Source: Candidatus Tayloriibacteriota bacterium
GTDB lineage: Bacteria > Patescibacteriota > Minisyncoccia > Phycocordibacterales > PALSA-1337
DNA length: 57,970 nucleotides
NCBI GenBank assembly: GCA_016215455.1
Contig: JACRJP010000003.1
Location: forward strand, 132,657 to 190,626
Direction of reading: 5' to 3'
Shown here: positions 48,365 through 56,188 of the stretch, piece by piece
Layout of the letters: each line of letters begins with the position of its first letter
How positions within the stretch are numbered: position 1 is the first letter of the stretch
Notes under the pieces: model-generated
Database searches by the model: none
Seen by the model: only the letters and a program-made list of their open reading frames with translations
Told to the model about the DNA's origin: nothing
Made by a program: the position numbers and the translations under genes

Positions 48365-49683
48365 GGAGGTATCACCATAACATCACTATGAGGTGGTGTT
48401 GGAAGTACAACAGGAGGTGGTACTTCACCTTGTGCTGTATCCGCCTTGTCCATTGCTCGTATACGACGCATATAGCGGATAACATGATGACCTACAAGGT
48501 AATGGATAATGAGACTGACAAGGCCTGCAAGGATGACTCCTGACAATATATAGACAATATAATCCTTTATGAATTTAGTTATAACAAAAGGAGGTTGAAT
48601 ATCAACTGATGCATCACGAACATTCCCTGCCTTATCAATTGCTCGTACAATCACCTGCATATCTGAACCAGCTACAATTGGTACTTGGAAAGGACTATCT
48701 GATTCAACGAATACTGGAGAGACTGTTACCGGTTGGTTCTTATCAATCACACCAACTTCATAGTGATCAATACCTGAAAGATTATCAGTCGTAAAGAATG
48801 AAACGAGAGTTCGTTCAACAAGCATTGCTGCAGCAAGAAGATAGCTTGCTTCAGGGGTAAATTCAGCTGGTGGTGCCGTATCAATTCGTATAAGATAATG
48901 TCCGGTTGTACCCCACGCAACACCCTTCTTTGCTTTAATGTGGAAGTACCACAAACCATCAGTGAGATTATCATATGACTTCGAAGTGTCATTTGATTCA
49001 ACAGTATTATCAGGAATTGTTGAAGGTTTATTATCAAGTTCATAACTAAAACCATCAACACCTGGATCACGTTCCCATGAAAAACTCGGGTTGTTATTGT
49101 TAGACCAATCTGACTGTACTGGATGTGTCTCAGAGAAGATTTTTACACCTTCAGGTGACTTTGGTAGTATCGTATACTCCGCTCGTCCAACTTCAAGACC
49201 CGCCTCAGTTCCCAATCCATCATTCAATAATACTCTTGAGTTTGAGTTGATTGAAATAACAGCATGACCTGTACCGATTGCTTTGAATGTCACCATACCA
49301 ATAAGACCTGAACCGGTGACAATACCGCTTGGAACAACACCAACATAGCTTGCTGTTCCTTTTGTGTTGTCATACTTCGGTGGTTCAGCCCACACTCCAA
49401 CAATCGAAGTACCACTTGAAGGTGACATAATCGAAAGTTTATTCTTATCATAGTTCAATCGAATCTCAATCCCATTGATACTTGCTCCACGAGTGTTCAC
49501 AAGGATCGGAACCTGAAATGTTGATCCTTCCACGAAACTTCCCGTACGAGGAGAGAGTTGAACCTCAACACGAGAGACAAGCTTCGAAGCGTCAACAGAA
49601 ACAGTTTGGGCATGTAAAGGCACACTACTCGTACTCAGCAGTAGACCTACTATTACATATATACTTAATCTGATTCGCATCAT
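48352..49683 (-). CDS. Membrane-anchored surface protein with N-terminal cohesin-like module (paralogue 3)
   Basis: Signal peptide. VEVQLSPRTGSFVEGSTFQVPILVNTRGASINGIEIRLNYDKNKLSI..GMVTFKAIGTGHAVISINSNSRVLLNDGLGTEA. Ig-like middle and C-terminal TM helix (IVYILSGVILAGLVSLIIHYLVG). ATGA overlap with the upstream gene. Confidence 0.7.
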   Translation of the reverse strand: MMRIRLSIYVIVGLLLSTSSVPLHAQTVSVDASKLVSRVEVQLSPRTGSFVEGSTFQVPILVNTRGASINGIEIRLNYDKNKLSIMSPSSGTSIVGVWAEPPKYDNTKGTASYVGVVPSGIVTGSGLIGMVTFKAIGTGHAVISINSNSRVLLNDGLGTEAGLEVGRAEYTILPKSPEGVKIFSETHPVQSDWSNNNNPSFSWERDPGVDGFSYELDNKPSTIPDNTVESNDTSKSYDNLTDGLWYFHIKAKKGVAWGTTGHYLIRIDTAPPAEFTPEASYLLAAAMLVERTLVSFFTTDNLSGIDHYEVGVIDKNQPVTVSPVFVESDSPFQVPIVAGSDMQVIVRAIDKAGNVRDASVDIQPPFVITKFIKDYIVYILSGVILAGLVSLIIHYLVGHHVIRYMRRIRAMDKADTAQGEVPPPVVLPTPPHSDVMVIPPKNP

Positions 49684-50819
49684 TTTCCAATATCTTTAAT
49701 TTCTTTGTGGATCGTATTTTCAGCCGTATTGATATCTTTAGTAATTTCATTAACCTCTTTACGTGTAGCAGCTAATGTCTTCTCATGAACACGCTCTGTC
49801 ATATCTTTACGCAACACATCAAAAGATTCATGGAGAGTATTTTCTGCTTCAGATACATCACGTTGTATCTTTGATCGAATATTTCTAAAATGAAAATTAA
49901 TTCGAAGTAACAAATACAGAATGATAAGAATGAGAAGTATAAATGCTATCTGAGCTTCCCAACTCATATCTGAAATGATACTGCCCACTTCAATCAAAAG
50001 AGCATTTGATGTGTCACTTTGTTTATCTTCACCCTTAACAATAACTGCTGATACACTATATATTCCTCGCTTAAGAGATGTTGGAACTGGTATCTCAAAA
50101 CGACCATCATTATCAGTCGTTGTTACAATAAATACCTTCGATGTATCCTGTGCTACGAATGTTACAACCACTTGTGTCTTTGGCACTACAGAACGTCCGA
50201 CTATCGACATCCGGCCCTTTTGAACACCTCGAGCGATCTCAGGAGGGGTCAGAATCACTTCTAACACTTTAGTGATCTCTGGCTGAACTTCTACTGGTGT
50301 AACTTTTGGAATCTCTTTTTTAGGAGGTGCTACTTTCTGTACCGGTTTTACTATACTAAACGCAGCTCCACGCATACCATTCATAACCTCAGTACCCTGA
50401 CCATCATTAGCTAAAATATGTCCCGATGAAAACGATACTGATCCCTGTCCAGGAGCAATAGCCCGTACAGTAACAGTTACAACCGTACCCTGATCTCCTT
50501 GAAAACCTCCGAGTGATACTCCTTCAAAACTTACTGTACCTTTTGAGGCAGAGAAAGCTGGTTCTGTTACCCAAAAATTAAGAACTGATCCGACCTTAGA
50601 GACAGACTCTATCGAAAAAATAGAAGATGGTAGTGATAGTGTACCTGAAACAGCATTAAGAGAAGTACTCTCTCCCGAAACAAGGACCTTTAGTGTAATA
50701 CGTTCACCAACTTCATACGTACCACTCGATGGACTGACAGAAAGAGTCGCCGCATGCGCAGAGAACGGTAACAAACCAAAGATACAAATACATAAAATTA
50801 TCGAATAGATTTTTGCCAT
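49680..50819 (-). CDS. Membrane-anchored surface protein with N-terminal cohesin-like module (paralogue 2)
   Basis: Signal peptide. LSVSPSSGTYEVGERITLKVLVSG..LNAVSGTLSLP..VTVRAIAPGQGSVSFSSGHILANDGQGTEV. TM helix AQIAFILLILIILYLLL and a charged helical cytoplasmic tail. Confidence 0.7.
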   Translation of the reverse strand: MAKIYSIILCICIFGLLPFSAHAATLSVSPSSGTYEVGERITLKVLVSGESTSLNAVSGTLSLPSSIFSIESVSKVGSVLNFWVTEPAFSASKGTVSFEGVSLGGFQGDQGTVVTVTVRAIAPGQGSVSFSSGHILANDGQGTEVMNGMRGAAFSIVKPVQKVAPPKKEIPKVTPVEVQPEITKVLEVILTPPEIARGVQKGRMSIVGRSVVPKTQVVVTFVAQDTSKVFIVTTTDNDGRFEIPVPTSLKRGIYSVSAVIVKGEDKQSDTSNALLIEVGSIISDMSWEAQIAFILLILIILYLLLRINFHFRNIRSKIQRDVSEAENTLHESFDVLRKDMTERVHEKTLAATRKEVNEITKDINTAENTIHKEIKDIGK

Positions 50820-51718
50820 TTCTTTTTGAAAACAAATACTCCACCAATCACAACTACTACAAGTATACTAAGAATTCCGTACTGTTGGTACCATGGAGTT
50901 GGGTGTAACGGTGGAATAGCAACAACAACACTATTACCATTTTTATCAAAAGCCTTGATATAGACCCTTTTATTGAGTTTTTGATCAGTAAGTACATACG
51001 GGCTTTCTGCTTCAACAAAATCACCGAACCTACCTTCACGTACTTCATAGTGATCAATCCCAACCCCTTTATCCTGACTTGTAAAAACAACAAAATACTG
51101 ACCATCAAAAAGATTTGGATCATTGACAACAAGAGGAGCAAAATCATCTGGAGCTTGAGTGTCGATAATAGGTGCTACAACTTGTGTATCCCCTTTCAAC
51201 GATTCAGTGACTCGAAAGTCTACTGGGGTCATTGATATTTTTACATGAGCACCTGTCCCATCATTTCGCAAAGCACGCAATGATTCTCCACGCATAACAC
51301 CCTGACCACTCGAGTGTGCAGTAAGAACTACCGAAAAAATAGGTTGTTGCGTACCGAGTACACCCCCTGGAGTAATTCCAGAAAATACAATTTTTTCATA
51401 CTGAGGATCACTGTCGACAACACGAGGTTTCTCAATCCAAAAATTTATCGCTGAATTTCCTTCGCGAATCTCTTTTATCTTAAAAAGCTTTTTCGGAAAA
51501 AGAAATGTACCTTCTACTGCATTGATGAGTTCTCCTTGTGTGTCGAGGAGAATTGGTAGGATAAATTCTTGACCTTGAGTCAAAGACTGGTTACTCGAAA
51601 TAACCTCAGGTGTCACAAACAGCTTTGCAGCGAAGGTTGGTAAAGGAAAAACAACTATACTCATTACACAGAGGATAAAGATACTTCGTACAAATATATG
51701 AGAATACAATGTTTTCAT
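50798..51718 (-). CDS. Membrane-anchored surface protein with N-terminal cohesin-like module (paralogue 1)
   Basis: Signal peptide. LFVTPEVISSNQSLTQGQEFILPILLDTQGELINAVEGTFLFP..VVLTAHSSGQGVMRGESLRALRNDGTGAHV. C-terminal TM helix ILSILVVVVIGGVFVF. Confidence 0.7.
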   Translation of the reverse strand: MKTLYSHIFVRSIFILCVMSIVVFPLPTFAAKLFVTPEVISSNQSLTQGQEFILPILLDTQGELINAVEGTFLFPKKLFKIKEIREGNSAINFWIEKPRVVDSDPQYEKIVFSGITPGGVLGTQQPIFSVVLTAHSSGQGVMRGESLRALRNDGTGAHVKISMTPVDFRVTESLKGDTQVVAPIIDTQAPDDFAPLVVNDPNLFDGQYFVVFTSQDKGVGIDHYEVREGRFGDFVEAESPYVLTDQKLNKRVYIKAFDKNGNSVVVAIPPLHPTPWYQQYGILSILVVVVIGGVFVFKKKWQKSIR

Positions 51719-51727
51719 ATCATTACA

Positions 51728-53050
51728 TTATCCAGTCCAGTAAAAAGCCATGATACTAAAATCGACTAAATCAATCTTATCATCAGCATTCAACTTTTCG
51801 CCTTCAATAACCTTAAACTGAGTACTCAACTGTTTCTTATACCAAAATGCCGCAATCGAAAAGTCGACAAGGTTAACTCGATCATCTCTGTTTAAGTCCC
51901 CCTTAATTCCTTTTTTTACAACAGTAATAGGAACATTCTTATCTCCTACAAGAAATCCAACAATGGTTCCAAATGAACTTACCTCTCCTTCGATTGCGGC
52001 TTTAGATTTAGTTTCATGCTTTCCTTTTTCAAGTACTGCACTATTGAAATTAAGTAGATACACACCATTAGCATCACTCTTTTTCTTAATAAATAACTCC
52101 TCTTCAGAATGCACACTAATAGTAATATCGGATGATGGAACACTTTGTCCGAAAATGACAATGTTATCACCCTTCTTAACCTCACTCTTATCAACAGCTA
52201 TAGTTGGAGCAATAAATATTCCACCGATTTGAGTTGTTACACCAGAAGTTATGAAAATAGGAAACGTAAAGGGGTGTGAGCGTACTTGATTTGAATCTTC
52301 TCCATATACTGAAAATGTATAATTTCCCTCTGAAATTCCACTCAAAGTAACAGAAAAATTACTATCAGGACCTGCAATAGTAGTTATAGCAACTTGCCCA
52401 TCTTTAAGAACGGTTACTCGACTGAGAGGAAATGCTCGGCCAGAAAGTACTACACCTGTGCCAACCGAAGGTGCTACAGAGCCTCCACCACCCCCTCCTC
52501 CGCCTCCACCACCAGACCCTGAACTCGCTACTGGAGTTGAAGAAATTTGTGTTGATGTAGCAATTGCATTACCAAAAGCATCCTGTACGACCACAACAAA
52601 ATAGTATGTTGTTCCATTTGAGAGTCCTGTTACGGTACTCGAAAGTACATTACCAACATCAGTATATGTATATGGACCTCCCGATGAAGTCGATTTTCCA
52701 ACTCGATATTCTTCAGCTGTCCATCCAGCAAGACCTTGTGCTGAAGTCCATGTGAGACTCACTTGTCCACTACCAGGTGTGGCTGATACCGTTGGTGTTG
52801 AAACATATGGGTATCGAAGAAAACCACCACCGAGAGTATATAGAGCTGAGAGACTCCTTCCTTGAGCGATTTCAGCTACTGTTCCCCACATTTGAAAACT
52901 TCCTGACGAAGAAAAACCACTGCCTCCAGGAGCAATAATAGGATCAAGAACTTTGAAGGAGCTTGAGTTAAACTCCTGAGCCAAAGATAGCGCAGGGATA
53001 ACTGCACATATCAATAATATTAGAATCGATACTCCTTTTCGCATGATCAT
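51728..53050 (-). CDS. Secreted Fn3/Ig-like protein ending in a dockerin-like double Ca-binding repeat
   Basis: Signal peptide, Fn3-like segment (GQVSLTWTS..EEYRVGKS..GTTYYFVVVVQDAFGN), a G11 linker, and C-terminal GDLNRDDRVNLVDFSIAAF ... KLNADDKIDLVDFSIMAF. Confidence 0.7.
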   Translation of the reverse strand: MIMRKGVSILILLICAVIPALSLAQEFNSSSFKVLDPIIAPGGSGFSSSGSFQMWGTVAEIAQGRSLSALYTLGGGFLRYPYVSTPTVSATPGSGQVSLTWTSAQGLAGWTAEEYRVGKSTSSGGPYTYTDVGNVLSSTVTGLSNGTTYYFVVVVQDAFGNAIATSTQISSTPVASSGSGGGGGGGGGGGSVAPSVGTGVVLSGRAFPLSRVTVLKDGQVAITTIAGPDSNFSVTLSGISEGNYTFSVYGEDSNQVRSHPFTFPIFITSGVTTQIGGIFIAPTIAVDKSEVKKGDNIVIFGQSVPSSDITISVHSEEELFIKKKSDANGVYLLNFNSAVLEKGKHETKSKAAIEGEVSSFGTIVGFLVGDKNVPITVVKKGIKGDLNRDDRVNLVDFSIAAFWYKKQLSTQFKVIEGEKLNADDKIDLVDFSIMAFYWTG

Positions 53051-53056
53051 ACTATT

Positions 53057-56000
53057 TTACCTGAACAATATTCTTCCTCCTAAGAATTTAAGAGATGGTC
53101 CGATAAATTTAATTCCTGAACGAGATGATGAAGCGGGCGCCGCGGTTGGTGTTGCACTGTCTTCGTTACTGTATGCACTATCACCTATAGCATTTGTTGC
53201 TTTAACACGATAATAATACAACGTACCATTAGTGATCGCTCCATCCCAGTAACTTGTTACAACACCAAGGGTTGCAATGAGAGTTGTTGGAGATGTTGTA
53301 GTATCTCGATATAGTTTATACCCAGTAATTGATGAACCTCCATTACTTGCGGGAGTTACCCATGTTAAATTTACTCTTCCATACCCAGCAACCGCATCAA
53401 GAGACGTTGGAGCGTCTGGTACAGAAGCTGAAGGACTTACCTGCACAAGGATTCGCGAACCATAGAGATTACTACCGTTTGATGTCGCTACAACATCAAG
53501 TGTTGCAGCACTGCCTGGCATTGTCATAGCTGATGATTGTTCGCGTTCAATGACGTCAGTGATTGTTGATCCTGAAATATCAGTCGGTCCAGAAGTGTTT
53601 TGAATTTTGATATCTGAAGTACCTCCTGAAACTGAGTTACCTTCATGAATAAATACATACGCATTCCCCGTAGTCCATTCTGCTGGGTCCCATGATGTCA
53701 GAAAGTTTTGCAGAGATGTTCCAGAAGAAAATAGAGTGTTAGCAAGGAGATACTGGGGTTCGAGATATGTAATACCAGTTGAAGCAACGACATTAATATC
53801 ATACGTACGGAGCTCATCAACAGTTCCATTATCAATAAAAGCAATTTCATTTGAAGCAAGTGTTGCGATTGAAGCTTCGTGAATTCCTCCACCAGCACCA
53901 ACTGAAAGGCTTGTTCCTGATTGTGTCCATGTTGAACCATCAAAATCATACGAACGAATTTCTTCTATATCATCAGCATAAAAAGCAATACGCGATGAAG
54001 ATAGGGCGGTCATTGCTGGATGTCCCACATTCGAGATAGCAAGAGAACTACCTACTTGTGCCCAGTTCGAACCATCAAAATCATAGGCGCGGAGCGAGTC
54101 ATTGTTAAAATCTATAAAAGCAACTCGCGATGAAGACAACTTACCCAGAGCAGCAGTGCCCGCCCCAGTAATAGTAAGACCACTTCCGACCAATGACCAA
54201 GTAGAACCATTAAAATCATAAGCGCGGAGCGAGTCATTACTTTCATCAAAAAGGGCTATTCTCGTCGAAGAAAGAGCGGTAATAACAGGATACCCTAAGC
54301 CAGTAATAGTTAAATCGCTACCGACTTGTGCCCATGTGTCAGTGCCTTCGGTGTAATCATACGCGCGTAAGGCTTTGTTTGTATAATCTATATATGCGAT
54401 ACGAGTTGAAGAAAGTGCCGAAATTGAAATGCGAGTATATGGTCCTCCGAGACCGAAATTCCCTACATTTGTCCAATTAGTTCCATTGAAATCTTTGACC
54501 TGAAGATTATTAACAGCGTCATCGATAAATACTATTCGATTTGAAGATAAAGCTGTCATCGTTGAGTTGGCACCAGGAAATATAGTATTATCTCCATTCC
54601 CAACCTGAAAAATCGAAGACTCCTGACTAGCAACAATCTTCGCATTATAAATATCATATGATGCGGTTGACGCTGTAGTAGAAGCTACAATGCGATAATT
54701 TCTACCAGTAGTTGGAGTAAAAGATACTCTTACACGAGATGGTGACGATGTAGCAACACCGTTTGTAACAATCATTTTCTTAAAAGTCCAACTACCGAAA
54801 CTACCATTATCTTCTTCAAGAGCAATCCCGACCTGACCGTGTATATCAGTTATACGTGCCTGGCCACGCCCTCCAACCTGTCCTCCGGTTATTTCTCCGC
54901 CACCTCCTCCTCCACCAGGAGCACCTCCACTACCTCCGAAGTCTCCGTTATCTCCTCCTCCACCTCCCGAACCACAGTTCACGTTTGAATTTCCGTTACC
55001 ACCATCTGGGGCTGTTGCATCGTTCGTATCTGCAGTACCACCCACAGCACCACCGTTTGATGCGTCACAACTTGCACCGGCACCTCCGGCACTTGTACTA
55101 GCTGCAGTACCTGTGTTTCCTGCCGCATACGGACCAGCAGCACTACCTCCTCCTCCACCCGAGTCACCAGTACCGTTTCCTGCACCGCCGTTACCTCCAG
55201 CAAATTCAACTTGACCAACTGAGTTTGCTGTCGTCCCACCAGTACCTGCAGTAGCTGTTCCTGTTCCGGCACCACCATCAGCTACCACTTCCGTTGTTCC
55301 CCACGTACTATCATTTGATGTTGTAGAGTCAGCAGCGGTTGTTGCTGCTACAACAAGAGTTTTTGAACCAGAGGTTGTTGTGGTAGATCGTGCATACGCT
55401 CCTCCTCCACCTCCTCCTCCACCGGAGTTAGCCACAACACCACCAGCACCACCGGCACCCCACAATTCAACAACTGTATACGATACACCTCGTATAGGTA
55501 CATAGGTAAAAGTACCTGAAGTTGTATATGTTGTAGAAGATGAAACTTGTGTATTTCCATATGTCACCTCTGCAGAAAAGGTCGGTGAATCACTCCATTT
55601 AGTACTATCGTAATACCAATATTTTGGATATGTAAGTGCCGAGGAGCTTGTATTTGTTTTACCTGTCTCTCGATTTCCTATTTCAATCTGTGTCTCGGTT
55701 GCCGCAAGAGCTGTGGCATCTTGAAGAACAACGACACGTGCAGCGATAACACCTTTTTGTACCGCACTATTACCTGTCACCACAACATAATCATGCTGAC
55801 CTGATGTAGGTGTAAACGAAGCCGAACGATAGATGCCGTACGTGTTAGAGTTCGAGAATGTTACTGTCGCAACAGTAGCTGAAGTTGTAGCGTTCTTAAG
55901 ATAAATACTTGAACTCACTGCTGATGTTGTACTCGCAACAACTTCAAAATAATAGGTTGGTGATGTATACGCTGTGGTATCAATTTGTACTCTTTCTGAT

Positions 56001-56188
56001 GATGTTGCATATGCACCCGAAGCAGATCCGACATATCCATTGATAATGTTTATTTCCTGACGAATCTTCTGGTTTACCGCATACGCAATCTTAATCTGAT
56101 GTGGCCAGTTCGAAAGAACAAGTCCAAGAGACAGCGAGAAGATGAGTGTTGATTTTAGAAGTTTCTTTATGATTTTCATATACCGCAT
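53057..56188 (-). CDS. 1043-aa surface protein: beta modules + Gly-rich domain + six-repeat propeller-like region + Fn3
   Basis: N-terminal anchor/signal. YTVVELWGAGGAGGVVANSGGGGGGGGAYA then about 200 aa of G/A/T/N-rich sequence, six ~45-aa repeats, and Fn3 (GRVNLTWVTPASNGGSSITGYKLYRD..YYYRVKATNAIGDS). TAATG overlap with the upstream gene. Confidence 0.8.
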   Translation of the reverse strand: MRYMKIIKKLLKSTLIFSLSLGLVLSNWPHQIKIAYAVNQKIRQEINIINGYVGSASGAYATSSERVQIDTTAYTSPTYYFEVVASTTSAVSSSIYLKNATTSATVATVTFSNSNTYGIYRSASFTPTSGQHDYVVVTGNSAVQKGVIAARVVVLQDATALAATETQIEIGNRETGKTNTSSSALTYPKYWYYDSTKWSDSPTFSAEVTYGNTQVSSSTTYTTSGTFTYVPIRGVSYTVVELWGAGGAGGVVANSGGGGGGGGAYARSTTTTSGSKTLVVAATTAADSTTSNDSTWGTTEVVADGGAGTGTATAGTGGTTANSVGQVEFAGGNGGAGNGTGDSGGGGGSAAGPYAAGNTGTAASTSAGGAGASCDASNGGAVGGTADTNDATAPDGGNGNSNVNCGSGGGGGDNGDFGGSGGAPGGGGGGGEITGGQVGGRGQARITDIHGQVGIALEEDNGSFGSWTFKKMIVTNGVATSSPSRVRVSFTPTTGRNYRIVASTTASTASYDIYNAKIVASQESSIFQVGNGDNTIFPGANSTMTALSSNRIVFIDDAVNNLQVKDFNGTNWTNVGNFGLGGPYTRISISALSSTRIAYIDYTNKALRAYDYTEGTDTWAQVGSDLTITGLGYPVITALSSTRIALFDESNDSLRAYDFNGSTWSLVGSGLTITGAGTAALGKLSSSRVAFIDFNNDSLRAYDFDGSNWAQVGSSLAISNVGHPAMTALSSSRIAFYADDIEEIRSYDFDGSTWTQSGTSLSVGAGGGIHEASIATLASNEIAFIDNGTVDELRTYDINVVASTGITYLEPQYLLANTLFSSGTSLQNFLTSWDPAEWTTGNAYVFIHEGNSVSGGTSDIKIQNTSGPTDISGSTITDVIEREQSSAMTMPGSAATLDVVATSNGSNLYGSRILVQVSPSASVPDAPTSLDAVAGYGRVNLTWVTPASNGGSSITGYKLYRDTTTSPTTLIATLGVVTSYWDGAITNGTLYYYRVKATNAIGDSAYSNEDSATPTAAPASSSRSGIKFIGPSLKFLGGRILFR
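53800..54580 (-). repeat. Six tandem ~45-codon coding repeats (propeller-blade-like)
   Basis: Consensus ALSS(S/T)RIAFID..N.SLRAYDF(D/N)GS.W.QVGS.L.I. The anchor motifs recur every 132-145 nt (near 54557, 54425, 54280, 54145, 54010, 53865). Boundaries are approximate. Confidence 0.7.
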
